DNA of 64,000 bases. It comes from Eledone cirrhosa. Lineage: Eukaryota. The stretch is from the NCBI GenBank assembly GCA_964016885.1, contig OZ024744.1, positions 35,526,001-35,590,000 on the forward strand, written 5' to 3'. Made by a program: the position numbers and the translations under genes. Shown piece by piece: positions 27,036 to 40,212 of this stretch. Numbering within the stretch: the first letter of the stretch is position 1; the number at the start of each line of letters is the position of its first letter. Below the pieces are notes generated by a model. It had not been told where the DNA came from, did not search any database, and saw nothing but the letters and a program-made list of their open reading frames with translations.

Positions 27036-28602
27036 GTATATATGAAAAATTCAGAACCCCGACGGCTGAGCCCTGGCCGTTTCAACAGCTAAATCCGAAC
27101 TCTTTTTCATGTTACCCACTCTACTACTGCAAGTATCGAGTACTCTGGTGAGTAATGGTCTAACTGGTTTTAACCACCTTCATTCTGATACATATATATA
27201 TACCAGCTGAAGTATACAGCCTCCAGCCCACACTGTAAAGTGGTCATGTAGGTGTCCTGACAAAAACCACCCAGCTCACACTGTAAAATGGTCGTCTAGG
27301 TGCCATGACAAATAGCACCCAGCCCACACTGTAAAATGGTCGTGTAGGTGTCACGACAAATAGCACCCAGCACAGTAAATGTGGTTGGCACTATGGCCTC
27401 TTGCCGTAGAGACCAAACCAGAAACAGTTGTGTATGAGCATGCCACAATGACCACTCTCGACTTATCTCAGATACGACATCCCGTCTAACCCATCAGCGT
27501 GGAAAATTGACGTTAAACGATGATGATGCTGATGAGAATGATTAGAGAAATCCATCCGTAAAACAACGGTATTTTCAATAAAAGCAGAATGAAAGCTACT
27601 AAGGAAAATGTGTACTGGAAGTTATCTCCCGTTGATTGCTTTTTAATTTTTGTCTTCATTTATTTCCCTTTAACCAGTATTCCCCTCCTCTCAAAATGAA
27701 GGGGAATAACCGGTTGCATAAGGGGAAGTAACTCTAGTGATAGCAATTTTACACACATTGTCCCGTTGACTGTTCTCTGCGGTAATGCTTCCACCATCTC
27801 GCCTGCGGGGGACAATTGAGGTATCCCACCTCAGCAGAAGTGTAGAGTTTGTTTCTCCCTTCCACATATCCGTCACTTTTTCCCTATTTAATTTTTCTCT
27901 TATCACTTTTTATTTATTCTAAGAAATATTTCATATAAATAAAAATTGGTTATATTTATAATTTTATTCCTGAGTTTCTAAATATGCTTCCCAGACGTTG
28001 CAGAATGTTATTTTCCCCACTTTTTATCAATGCCGTTTATGTGCGGTTCATGTAAATGTAATCTGAATCGAAGGGTGACTCGACGTTGTTTGATATACTA
28101 AAAATAGCTGCCAAGTCCTTCTTTGAATCATACCCTACCGTTTTAAAGAAGAAAGAACACACTCGACAATGTAGTTTTAAATGCACCTAATGGATGGTCA
28201 TGGCTGAAACGCTTATTTTCAGGCCCCTGCTCTTTCGGTGGTTTTTGACACAACACACAAAAACAAGATGGTGTAGGACAGAACAAAGGAGAGACACAAA
28301 ATAAGAAATTAGTCTGAGGAGATCACAGAATGTGTGATGAAATAGCTTTATCAATAAATAAACAACCATCCTGTTATTAAACCAACCAACTGGAAATTTG
28401 TGTGTGTGTTTTTATTGGCAGTGTGGACACTTCCAGAATATAACAATATATGTCTCAACACACGTTTTCAGATAAGATATCTTGCAAAACAAAAAAAAAA
28501 CGAAGTATGTATTCGTTAAATATCAACACAAAGGATTAGTTTATTTTGCAGTAAAAACAATTCTTTTTCAACTGATCATTTATTTATTTCATTTTATTTC
28601 AG

Positions 28603-28719
28603 ATTACATAGGTTTCGTTAAGAGAGCTTTGGTTTTGCTAAAGAAGTATTCACTTATCAAAAGAGTCGAACTTTTGGTGGAGAAACCTGATGATCCCGAA
28701 GATACTGCCACACCAATAA
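28603..28719 (+). CDS. Host gene internal exon B (NYIGFVKRALVLLKKYSLIKRVELLVEKPDDPEDTATPI)
   Basis: ttttatttcag acceptor, gtaagg donor, 117 nt, phase 1 to 1, in frame with exons A and C. Confidence 0.85.
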
Positions 28720-30299
28720 GTAAGGCAATAATTTTTATAACGTTCTTTTGGAGATGGTGGACATGGATATTTTTGGAATTTTTATATTGCTTCTTTCTTT
28801 TGTTTCTATTTTTCTTTTGTTATTTTTTCACTTGTTCTTTTTTTCTTCTATAATTTCTTATTTCCTTTCATTCTCTATTTGATTTTTTGTGATGATTCAT
28901 TGGACATATACACATAACACTTTCTAATCAGTTGACCATGCACTTACAACAAGGAACCACTGTAAAACTTTATTATACAGTGCATGTAACTAAATCAAAT
29001 AGAAAAACATTAGTTGATAATACTACAGTTCTATCTGGAGACCCACTCGGGATGAGGAAGGCATACTCTCCAAATATCTGTTGCTCCCCGACAGGTTTGC
29101 GGTTGAACCCATGCTAGTGGTGACTTCTGGTGTGACTTCTGGCGAGTAGGGTCACCTCCCTACTCACCACCATCAGCACAGTGTTGGCTGCCCGTTCTTT
29201 CAACACGTCAGCCTCACCATCCTCCAGGAAAAAGCCTTCACTGTTCCATCTGCCGGGGCCATGGAGAAGCCAGTGTGTGGGCCCCCATTTGCTCATAATA
29301 GTGAGAGATGGGGAGAGTGGGAGAGATAGAGGCAGTGACAGTGGGAGTTAGGTTCTTTTGTGTTTGGATCTGGTGTATATGTATATGTTTCACGGGCATA
29401 CACTCATGCAACTTAGACATTGTTAAACCAACACAAATTATGCAGCAGTTGGTGTATTTAAAAACATTTTTTTTTTTTTAATTACACTTTGTTAAATAAA
29501 TAAATATATAATTGAAAAATTCATAAAAAACAAAAAAACAAAAAAACAAAAACAAAACAAAACAAAGAGAGTAACTTTGGAAGCTTTACTAATAAAAAAA
29601 ATCTAAACCAAAATATCAACACTAAGATACAGCATACATGAAAGTAACTATGAAAACATAATTATTTTACATCCATTTTCCATGTTAGCAAGGGTTGGAT
29701 GGGTCTCTACAGACTGAGTCAGTACTGAAATGGGTTATTGACCTCTAAGGGAGTCTGCATCACACTTACCTACAGATCCATATCCTACCAAGTGCATTTT
29801 ATCATGGTATGGTACCATCACTTGAGAGGTTGTCATGTCTTTGGCATGACTGAATGGTCCTCTAAAACCTTTGTTTATCAAGCTTTCTACAGCTTGATGC
29901 TCTTCCTCTGACCAACAACTTTACAGCATGTACTGGGTGCATTTATCATGTAGATCACCATAATGAGGGAAGCTGTCATGTCCTTGACACAACTGAAGTG
30001 TCCTCCCTTTTTTTAAATTTTTGCATTGGGGATTTTACTCATGCCCCAATAATGTTTTGCAATCACAGCAAAGTATGTGAACAAGATGCCACTACTACAA
30101 CCCATCTTATTCTGAAAATGAGACTGTGAAACGTTTTGAAACATTAATAAACTTAAGAATTTAAGAAAGCTATTGATCCAAACTAAACATAGAGAACTAA
30201 TAAACCAATATGATGAAACTAATAAACCAATATGATAAAAATAAGATAAAACTTGAACACATTCATATTTTCAATAATGCATGTATGTGTGTTTATCAA

Positions 30300-31437
30300 T
30301 GAGGGTAGGAATGGAGTTTAGTGAGGAATTGCAGATACAAGTAGGTGTACATCAGGGTTCGGTCCTCAGCCAGCTCTTGTTCATTATAGTCCTCCAAGCC
30401 ATAACAGAGGAGTTTAAGCCTGGCTGTCCATGGGAACTTCTCTATGCTGACGATCTGGTTCTTATAGCAGAATCAGTAAAGGAGCTAGATAATATATTCT
30501 GGCTATGGAAACAGCAGTTGGAATCAAGAGGACTGAGAGTGAACCTAGCTAAGACAAAAGTGTTGAGTAGAAAAGAGGACAAATCTCTGATTCCGTCAGG
30601 GAAATGGCCATGTTTGATATGCAGAAAAGGAACTGGCATAAATTCTATAAAATGTACACAATGCAGATCCTGGGTACACAAGAGATGTAGTGGGATAGCA
30701 GGTAATTTAATGGGTAGGGAGAAATACGTATTCAGTAGATGTACAGAGAAATTTGACAGTAGAAGTCGCATTGATAGATACATTTTTCAAATGCAGGTGG
30801 GTTCTATAGAAGTGGTTGATAGCTTTCGGTACCTAGGTGATCAGATTAGCATGGGAGGGGGGTGTTCTGAGGCCATAGTATCTAGAATAAGGATGGGTTG
30901 GAAGAAGTTTAGGTAGCTCCTTCCTCTGCTGACGAAGAAGGGTTTCTCCCTGCGTACGAAAGGCTGGTTATATGATGCCTGTGTGAGATGCGTGATGCTG
31001 CATGGTACTGAGACATGGGCAGCAACTGCAGAGGATATGCAACGGCTGGAGAGAAATGAGGCAAGTATGCTCCGTTGGATGTGCAATGTCAATGTGTGTG
31101 AATGAGCGAGCATGGATGTGTTGAGAGAGAAACTGTTTCTGAGAGGGATAAATTGTAGTGTGCTGGAGAGGAGACTGCGATGGTATCGACATGTGATGCG
31201 CATGGAGGATGACCGATGGGTGAAGAAGTGCCAAGAAATGCCAGTTGAAGGAAGACGTATTAGAGGAAGATCACGAAAAACATGGGCGGAGTTGGTGAGA
31301 ACAGACCTCAGATTGCTGAAACTCACGGTGGAGATGACGAAGGACCGTGACAAGTGGAGAGATGCTGAATAAGACCCGTCCCACCGTTGCAAGCAGGGAA
31401 AAGCGGACGTAAAATGATGATGATGATGATGATGATA
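30300..31437 (+). mobile_element. 5'-truncated RTE LINE with in-frame stops
   Basis: GVHQGSVLS, PWELLYADDL, PHD-like CLIC...CTQC..WVHKRC, FRYLGD, RRLRWY, (GAT)n tail. Confidence 0.9.
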
Positions 31438-31888
31438 TGTATATGTATGTGTGTGTTTTATATATCATATATTGGTTGACAGCTGAGAGAAAAGTTTACT
31501 GACTACCAAAGTAGAATTTTAATAATATATATATGTATGTGTGTGGTGTGTCAGTATAGAGGGTGTCCCCAAAAAGAATGTATATACACATTTGTAACAG
31601 TTTGTTTCCTATTTATACATGTGTGTGTAGATACACACATGTTTATCTTCTTTATTTTTTCTCAATCTTGTGAAGAAGTGTAGCCCAAACTATTATTGAC
31701 TTTTCTTACTTCTCAAGAGCATTGAACTTATATTCTTAAACTGTACCATACTCCATCTTGTTTTGCTGTTTTCTTGTTCAATATCTACCTATCCATCTCT
31801 CTCTCTGTATATATATATATATATATATACCATTTTTTAGCATTAAAAAAAAAATTTAATTTTTAAAAACTTTTTTTTTTTATTACAG

Positions 31889-32335
31889 AAAGTTTCATAA
31901 CAGTTATCACACCTGACTCATACACCTATCAACTTGTTCCCGAAGTACCTGTTAATAATAAAACGTTCTTGACATTCCAACTAAAAGCAGCAGGTGATGC
32001 ACATATTGCACTCTCAGCCATGTACAGTGAGTTGCAATGGAAAACCCATGAAATTGTTATCGGTGAGAACAATAAGCGTTCGCTGATCAGAGATGGTTCG
32101 TTGGGTCAAATTCGAGCTGAGTCAATGACAATGAATATCTTGAGTGACAAAGAATTTCGATATTTCTGGGTGAGCTGGTTAAACCATCACATTGAGGTCG
32201 GTCGAGGCAAAAAGTATGGCCAGGGTAGATTCCTTCACTGGCATGTCCCACAAAATAAACAATTCAATGTCAACTGTCTTGCTGTTTCCACTGGAAAAGC
32301 ATCAAAAGGAAGATGGGAGTTTGTAGAACTGCTTG
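31889..32335 (+). CDS. Host gene internal exon C encoding a farnesoic acid O-methyltransferase-like (Methyltransf_FA) domain
   Basis: (t)n-attacag acceptor, gtaagt donor, 447 nt, phase 1 to 1; signature F.LKA..DAHIALS...EIVIG.NN.RS.IR...ILS.KEFR.FWVSW....IEVG.G...VSTG....G.WEF. Confidence 0.9.
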
Positions 32336-33512
32336 GTAAGTTCTTTGGATGATTGTTCTTGTCTTTTAGTTGTAATGTTTTTAAATATATATGTAATTAT
32401 TTGAATATCTAGAATTTTGTGATCTTTTTCTTTCAGCATGTGTTACAGGTTCCAATTACAATTTAGAAAAAGAAATATATTTTAATTGACAAAAATCAGT
32501 GTAATTTCATTTTAAAAGTCTGTTTTATTCTGTGTTCTGATATTTCTTTTTGTTATTGTTTGTGACCATATTTCTAATAAAATGTATTCCATTTCAATTA
32601 ATTAATGAAACATTTTGAAGGTTTTACATAGAGAGTAACTCAGTGTATGGGTCTTATATAAAATTATATTGGGAGATTTTAATTTGACTAGAACACCATT
32701 TTAAAATGGATGGCTATTTTTCATAGCTTAAATCAAAAGATTTAAGTCACCCACCCAAATGCTTTTTGAAGCACATTAGATACTTCACATGTGTTATGAA
32801 AAATAATATTGAATAAACATTCCATGTTGTATCAGTTAGTAGGAAAATATAGATGTATGCTTTGTAGTTACATTCAGTTGAAGTAAACCGTTTTTTGCCT
32901 AAATACAACCACAAAAATAAAACAATTTAGATATAACAGTGGGGGCAAATTTGGTCTCCTTACCAAAGATATTTATCTATTTTCATGGATCTACTAATGT
33001 AAAGTGAAAATGTGAGCCCTAGTTGTTAAAGTGTTGTGCTCATGATTGCAATATTATAGGTTTGATTCCTAGACTTGGTAGCATGTTGTGTTCTTGAGCA
33101 AAACACTTTACTTTATGTTGCTTTAGTCTACATAGAGGAAAATGAGTATATGCAGTAACTAAAGGTTAAACCTGCAATGGGCTGGCATCCTGTGCAGAGG
33201 CATGCTCTGTACTCTCAGTTAATTAAGGCCAATGAAACCAGGATAAGATCTGGTCTGATGTGCTCCTGGGCTTCAGTCAGAAGTTAATCTATTTTAATTA
33301 ATATAAAAGGAATAAAAGAGAGAAAGTGCACATGTTACATAAAGAGATTGTATGAGGAAGATGGAAAATAAGAGAAACATATGGTATGGGATGATAGAAA
33401 GGGAGTAGGAGGGAAGAAAGATGATGGGTAATATAATATATGATCATCATCATCACTTCTTAAAATCTATTACCCACACTAGCATAGGTTAATGTGGATG
33501 ATAGATTTTAAG

Positions 33513-33620
33513 CATCCATATAAGCAAAACATGGTCACCTGACCTAACTAGTCTCATAACGTTGGGTGTCATGTTATGAGACTAGTCAGGGCAGGTGACC
33601 ATGTTTTGCTTATATGGATG
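33513..33620. repeat. Hairpin, about 48-bp arms with 12-nt loop
   Basis: catccatataagcaaaacatggtcacctg..actagtctcataac / gttatgagactagt..caggtgaccatgttttgcttatatggatg. Confidence 0.85.
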
Positions 33621-34072
33621 TGTTTTATGGTTTGGTTTTTATGACTTGATGTTTTTCCTAATGCTGACTACATTACAGTGTAAACAGGTTGGTTTATATT
33701 GTGGCACCAAAACAACAACCTAACAGCATGGACTGCGTGCTTTTTCATAATATAATGTAATATGATCTCTATAATAATAATGGCACTGGTTCACGATGCT
33801 ACAATCTCGCAAAACCGTTCTAAAATTTACATTTAGAATTCATAGAACATAAATCTAAAAAAAAAAATGGAAAGTGTGCGCAAATGTCCAAGATACGTTT
33901 TAAGTCAAGAGTGTTGTCTTCCCTTAGCTCTCTCTCTTTTTCTCTCTCTCTCCTCTCCTATGTCAACAATGTTGTTTTCCCTCATCTATGTCTGTTTCCA
34001 TCTCTGTATACATACATGCGTACACACACACATATATGATGATGATGATGAGGATATATATGTGTATATGTG

Positions 34073-34118
<46 letters not shown>

Positions 34119-34410
34119 TATCATCATCACCGTTTAACGTCCATTTTCCACGCTAGCATGGGTTAGACGGGAGTTGTCCCACTTGAGGCAAGGTGTCTCG
34201 CTCATATAGGACTATCTGGCAGGTTTTCTACGGCTGGATGCCCTTCCTAACACCAACCACATTTACAGTGTGGAACTGGGAACTTTTTACCGTGTTACCT
34301 ACACAACCACATTACAGCGTGGACTGTGTTTTTTCTTGTGACACCTGCACGATCTCGATCTCGATCATCTCATTTATTTATTTATTTGGACTGGATGATA
34401 TCATCATCAT

Positions 34411-34483
<73 letters not shown>

Positions 34484-36358
34484 TCAGTGCATATATATAT
34501 ATTTCTATTCTAATCCTATATATATATATATATATATATGCACTGATGTATGTAAAATAGGGGAAAATGGGACAAAACACAAACATTTATGGACATCAGT
34601 TTTTCTAAAAAAGAAAGAAAAAAAAAACCTGTTATGCTGAACATGTAGTTGATAATTTGATGTTTTGTTCCATTTTTCCTTTGATTTCTCACATTAAAGT
34701 TTTACTCTTTTCTTTGATACCTTGGCTTGCTATTTACATACATTATATATATAGATTAAGGGCAGTATCGGTAGAGGGTCGGACGCCATGCTTTCTAGCA
34801 TAGAGTTACGGCCCCTTGCCATTCTGAGTTCAAATCCCGCCGAGGTTAACTTTACCTTTCATCCTTATGGGGTCGATAAAATAAAGAACCAGTAATGCAC
34901 TGATGTAATTGCTGGCCTTGTGCCAATAGTAGAAACAATTATATATACATTATAAATATATATATATCATCATCATTTTACGTCCGTTTTCCCCTGCTTG
35001 CAAGGGTGGGACGGGAACTGATTCTGGCTTGATTTCTACAGCTGGATGCCCTTCCTAACACCAACCTCATTTACAGTGAGTGGTGGGTGATTTTTTTCCG
35101 TGGCGCCTACACGTTCACTTTACAGTGGAATGATAGGGAACCCAGTCCCTATCATCTCATTTTTACAGCTGAGTAAACTGGAGCAATGTGAAATAAAGTG
35201 TCTTGCTCAAGGAAACAACACATCACCCGGTCTGAGAATTGAACTCACAACCTTTTGATTGCAAGCCCAATGCTCTAACCACTAAGCTATGTGCCTCCAT
35301 CCAATGTTCTCTCTCTCTCTATATATTTATATATTAATGAAAGCAGAGGATTGAGGGTGAGATTGGCAATTTTGGCTATTTATCCAAAACTGCCAAGCTC
35401 ATGGTTGATCCTCTACTTTTACTAATATATCCATTCTGCATCCTACCATGTATCGAGTACACAGATTTTTGGTCTTCCCGGCCCCCATACCACAGCACAT
35501 ATATAGGCACATAGCTTAGTGGTAAGAGCATTGGGCTTGCAATCGAAAGGTTGTGGGTTTAATTCTTGGACCGGGTGATAAGTTGTAGCCTTGAGCAAGA
35601 CACTTTATTTCACATTGCTCCAGTTTACTCAGCTGTAGAAATAGATGATAGGGACTGGGGTTCCCTATCAATCCACTGTAAAGTGAACGTGTAGGCGCCA
35701 CGGAAAAAAAATCACCTACCACTCACTGTAAATGAGGTTGGTGTTAGGAAGGGCATCCAGCTGTAGAAATCAAGCCAGAATCAGTTCCCGTCCCACCCTT
35801 GCAAGCAGGGGAAAACGGACGTAAAATGATGATGATATATATATATATATATCATTCCACTGCAAGGTGGTCGTGGAGGTGCCATGGCAAAAAAGCACCC
35901 AGCCTACACTGTAAAGTGGACATGTAGGTGCCATGGAAAAAAAGCACCCAGCACTCACTATAAATGAGGTTGGTGTTAGGAAGGCATCCAGCTGTAGCAA
36001 TCAAGCCAGAATCAGTATGAGCAAGACAAGGTCAGCCGACTGGACACTGCTCACAACAGGACAACCCGTCTAACCCATGCTAGCGTGGAAGAACGGATGT
36101 AAAACGGTGATGATGATGATGATGATGATGATATATATATATATTATGCAGCTAACTGGCCTGTCCCTCCTCATGACAGGCATCCAGCTGTAAAATACCT
36201 GACCAAATTTACAGTCCTTGCTGGAGCAAAGTGCAACATGGCCAACCATGGTCAGGCTTGTCTCCCAGCATGGAGGACCTGTCTAACACATGCAAGCATG
36301 GAAGAATTGACGCTAAATGGAAATGATGAGATATTGATAAGTTGTGGTATGGGGACCC

Positions 36359-36407
<49 letters not shown>

Positions 36408-36872
36408 GGTGTGGGTGTGTAATATATATAAGGGGTATTTGCAGAGTAAAGACCAGTAAGACCATAAATCAGTGTAGTGCTTGATAGATGATGAGATAGA
36501 AAGAGTATATTCATGAGATAAATATCTGATAGGGAACCCTACTGGTTTCAGCTTGTAACTTCTCCAAGCTTATAGGGCTTACAAGCTGAAACCACCATAG
36601 CTCATGGTTGGACCTTTACCTTATTATGGATGTATATATATATATGTATATAAGGAAAATTATAATAAAAAGGGATTGAAAAACACACCTGGTATATAAA
36701 ATGATCTTTATAACATGTACAATATATATATATATATATATGCAAAAGTTCAATTTAAAATTGTTGGGATACAACAAGTAAATATTTTATAACTGATATA
36801 AAGCACTCGACAAGTTTTTGGAGTAGATATACGATATTAAATAAATGGAAACTATATTTATAAAACCATATT

Positions 36873-36937
36873 TATTTCACTATACATATTTCAGGGATAC
36901 CAAATTAAAATATGGTATGCCTTCATCAGATAAAATA
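36873..36937 (-). ncRNA. Type I hammerhead ribozyme (element A, left arm)
   Basis: Reverse complement of 37073-37137. Confidence 0.75.
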
Positions 36938-37072
36938 CAATATATAAACAGTTTTATAAATAATTTTGACGTACCCTATTAGATGCAACCATTATTTTTG
37001 GAAGCTGTCTGACAGCTTCCAAAAATAATGGTTGGGTACGTCAAAATTATTTATAAAACTGTTTATATATTG

Positions 37073-37137
37073 TATTTTATCTGATGAAGGCATACCATAT
37101 TTTAATTTGGTATCCCTGAAATATGTATAGTGAAATA
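37073..37137 (+). ncRNA. Type I hammerhead ribozyme (element A, right arm)
   Basis: TATTTTAT-CTGATGA-AGGCATACCA[loop]TGGTATCCCT-GAAA-TATGTA-TA|GTGAAATA; predicted cut after 37129. Confidence 0.78.
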
Positions 37138-37660
37138 AATATGGTTTTATAAATATAGTTTCCATTTATTTAATATCGTATATATGTATATATATATATA
37201 TTTATGTATATATATATATATATTTATTAAAATAACAGATTAAAGTTTAAGCAAAGAATCGCTGCTTTCACCCTTAACGGGATCTTCTGAAACTAACAAA
37301 GTTCTTATATATTTGATATATATATATCCTTATCAAGCCCTCTTTGGATTTAAGTCTTCAAATTTATTATTATTACTATATATATATATGTCTGTTTAGA
37401 AACTCAGCAAAATTTGGAATTTATGAGAAAGTTAAAGGTTCATCAAATTTATTTACTATACAAATATAGTTGAAATAGTAGGGCATATAAGCTCCCTCAA
37501 TGAAAAAAAATGGACATTAGGTACTAATATCCATATTTTCCTATATATTATACTATATTTCTATAGTAAAAAAAACAATTCAATGAAGCTTCTTTCTCAT
37601 AAATATATATATACACACACATTCAGACACACATATATATATATATATGTATATACATAT

Positions 37661-37762
37661 GTGGTGTCCCAAAAATGTATACACACTTCAACAGCATTCT
37701 AATAAATATTGCCTGTACGCGTAATCAAAGTGTGTATACATATTTGGGGGGGACACCCTGTA
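37661..37762. mobile_element. Tc1/mariner-type MITE
   Basis: TIRs ggtgtcccaaaaatgtatacacac / gtgtgtatacatatttggggggacaccctg-TA; partial relative at about 31557-31600. Confidence 0.55.
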
Positions 37763-37970
37763 TATATATATGTTGTGTGAATATATATATACATAATAAT
37801 ACTATTTATAGTTATGTATACACTATATACAACTATAAACAGGAAAGGTCAGTAATTCATTACTACCTTATTATCAGTAAGAAAAATAGCTCAATGTAAA
37901 TACATCAGATGTTTTACAGAGCCGGAATATAAATTACACAATAATCAAAGCTATGTTCAAATCATTTTAT

Positions 37971-38017
37971 TGCTGACAATCGTTTCTTCCAAACTATCAA
38001 TTGGAATCATCGGAGCA
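37971..38017 (-). ncRNA. Hammerhead ribozyme, U4C core variant (element H, left arm)
   Basis: TGCT-CCGATGA-TTCCAA..TTGGAA-GAAAC-GATT-GTC|AGCA. Confidence 0.7.
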
Positions 38018-38207
38018 CTAGCAATGTTTGTACATATAATTAACCTCCTATCCAACTGAACAATCATATAGATACATGGATATTAATGTCAAAAACCGTT
38101 TTGTATTTACAAGGTGAAATGGATGCGACATAGATTACAATAATTAAAATTACAAATAAAAATTACAAATTGGATAGTAGGTTAATTATATGTACAAACA
38201 TTGCTAC

Positions 38208-38254
38208 TGCTCCAATGATTCCAAATGATAGTTTGGAAGAAACGATTGTCAGCA
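38208..38254 (+). ncRNA. Hammerhead ribozyme with G5A core change (element H, right arm; probably inactive)
   Basis: TGCT-CCAATGA-TTCCAAA..TTTGGAA-GAAAC-GATT-GTC|AGCA. Confidence 0.55.
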
Positions 38255-38309
38255 ATAAAATGATTTGAACATAGCTTTGATTATTGTGTAATTTATATAT
38301 ATATATACA

Positions 38310-38465
38310 TATATTTATTATAAGAACAGATTAAAGTTTAAGCAAAGAATTGCTGCTTTCACTCTTAACAAGATCTTCTGAAACTTCTGAGACCTCAGAA
38401 GATCCCATAAAGGGTGAAAGCAGTGATTCTTTGCTTAAACTTTAATCTGTTCTTATAATAAATAT
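38310..38465. repeat. Fold-back pair of the 835-945 repeat family
   Basis: About 70-bp inverted arms atatttattataagaacagattaaagtttaagcaaagaat...cttctga / tcagaag...ttcttataataaatat. Confidence 0.8.
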
Positions 38466-38622
38466 TTGTTCTGTGGGTTTATATATATATATATATATGT
38501 AGGAGGTGAGTTTTATTGTAGTACAATAAAGCAATGCAGATATCGGATAAGAAGCACTCTACAGTTTGTAGGACTGGAGTATGCATAATATAAGATCAAA
38601 AGATGGTTAAAGGAGTTCCATG

Positions 38623-38693
38623 TATTTTATTATGCGCATTTCAAAAACAAACATCATCATGCAATAATATTTGTGTTTTCATCAGATAAAACA
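38623..38693 (-). ncRNA. Type I hammerhead ribozyme (element B, left arm)
   Basis: Reverse complement of 38812-38882. Confidence 0.75.
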
Positions 38694-38811
38694 GGAGAAC
38701 ATGATATGAAGGCTAAAAAACACTTGTGGATAGTGCAGTTTTAAATCAACATATGTTGATTTAAAACTGCACTATCCACAAGTGTTTTTTAGCCTTCATA
38801 TCATGTTCTCC

Positions 38812-38882
38812 TGTTTTATCTGATGAAAACACAAATATTATTGCATGATGATGTTTGTTTTTGAAATGCGCATAATAAAATA
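38812..38882 (+). ncRNA. Type I hammerhead ribozyme (element B, right arm)
   Basis: TGTTTTAT-CTGATGA-long stem II (ACAAATATTATT-GCAT-GATGATGTTTGT)-GAAA-TGCGCA-TA|ATAAAATA; palindromic stem III ATGCGCAT; predicted cut after 38874. Confidence 0.78.
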
Positions 38883-38909
38883 CATGGAACTTTAACCATC
38901 TTTTGATCT

Positions 38910-38951
<42 letters not shown>

Positions 38952-38995
38952 TATAAAAATAGACAAAGAAGCCTTCAATACATCAAAAGTCTTTA

Positions 38996-39041
38996 TTAGC
39001 CTACAATGTTTCGTCCCATTAATCAGGACTCATCAGAGCAA
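38996..39041 (-). ncRNA. Type I hammerhead ribozyme (element C, left arm)
   Basis: GCT-CTGATGA-GTCC-TGATTAATG-GGAC-GAAAC-ATT-GTA|GGC. Confidence 0.8.
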
Positions 39042-39867
39042 GTAAACAGATAAGAAGCATTAACGGCCAGAACTATCCAAAACTCAGAAGAATAGGGAAT
39101 TCATATCCATGAAAGCTTATGAGAGATATGAAGGAAAAGCATGCTAAAGCTAAAAGTGTGCAGTTACAAATATAGACTATAGGGCAATAAAGTGAGTAAA
39201 ATGTAAAACCAACGTTGAAATTACAGTATAAGACAAATACATTAAATACAACATGGTAATACAATGTGAGAATTACAATATGATATAGAATACAATATAA
39301 TGGGTAATAAGAAATATAAAGCTTAATATATGTATATATATATCCATATATATACACATTTACACAAACACATACTAACACTTAATAAGTATAAATATAC
39401 TCTCTATAATATAAAAATCACCCTGACGGTGCGCATAAACTTTTTTTGTATAGTTTATTTTTTGTATAGTTTATGCGCACTGTCAGGGTGATTTTTATAT
39501 TATAGAGAGTATATTTATACTTATTAAGTGTTAGTATGTGTTTGTGTAAATGTGTATATATATGGATATATATATACATATATTAAGCTTTATATTTCTT
39601 ATTACCCATTATATTGTATTCTATATCATATTGTAATTCTCACATTGTATTACCATGTTGTATTTAATGTATTTGTCTTATACTGTAATTTCAACGTTGG
39701 TTTTACATTTTACTCACTTTATTGCCCTATAGTCTATATTTGTAACTGCACACTTTTAGCTTTAGCATGCTTTTCCTTCATATCTCTCATAAGCTTTCAT
39801 GGATATGAATTCCCTATTCTTCTGAGTTTTGGCTAGTTCTGGCCATTAATGCTTCTTATCTGTTTAC

Positions 39868-39913
39868 TTGCCCTGATGAGTCCTGATTAATGGGACGAAA
39901 CATTGTAGGCTAA
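39868..39913 (+). ncRNA. Type I hammerhead ribozyme (element C, right arm)
   Basis: GCC-CTGATGA-GTCC-TGATTAATG-GGAC-GAAAC-ATT-GTA|GGC; canonical core; predicted cut after 39907; AATAAA follows. Confidence 0.85.
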
Positions 39914-40060
39914 TAAAGACTTTTGATGTATTGAAGGCTTCTTTGTCTATTTTTATAATTTTTCGGCTCTGTTGTATTACATTGAGCTATACCCTATACT
40001 GTCATTTCTATAATACGACGAGTGTGTTTTACTCCAATGCACTCTAGTATTTTAATTCTT

Positions 40061-40116
40061 ATATATATATATATATATTGTATATTATATATATATTATA
40101 TATATATTATATATAA

Positions 40117-40209
<93 letters not shown>
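40061..40209. repeat. (TA)n microsatellite
   Basis: Direct reading. Confidence 0.97.

Positions 40210-40212
<3 letters not shown>

Larger units (their letters stand above)
36827..37183. mobile_element. Fold-back element A (near-perfect palindrome, centre 37010) with hammerheads; putative PLE-derived
   Basis: Arms of about 175 bp are reverse-complementary apart from a ~10-nt indel; one-sided extension about 36640-36826; (TA)n flanks. Confidence 0.8.
37927..38299. mobile_element. Fold-back element H (about 130-bp arms, about 115-bp spacer) with hammerheads
   Basis: Inverted arms 37927-38055 and 38170-38299; one-sided extension about 37790-37926. Confidence 0.8.
38585..38917. mobile_element. 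Fold-back element B (spacer-less palindrome, centre 38752/38753) with hammerheads
   Basis: About 165-bp arms, ...aaatcaacat|atgttgattt...; one 3-nt indel; one-sided extension about 38500-38584. Confidence 0.85.
38946..39963. mobile_element. Fold-back element C (about 500-bp arms, about 22-nt spacer) with hammerheads
   Basis: Arms almost perfectly complementary, which gives identical ORFs on opposite strands; one-sided extension 39964-40060; (TA)n on both sides. Confidence 0.88.

Noticed and set aside
28482-28853. 123-aa ORF as a standalone gene
   Set aside because: Only 28603-28719 is exon-like; the rest is intronic T-rich sequence.
35505-35575. tRNA gene
   Set aside because: tRNA-like SINE head with no complete acceptor or anticodon stems; continues into the SINE body in many copies.
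39073-39836. Two identical 102-aa ORFs on opposite strands
   Set aside because: A consequence of palindrome C; low-complexity, with no recognisable motif.
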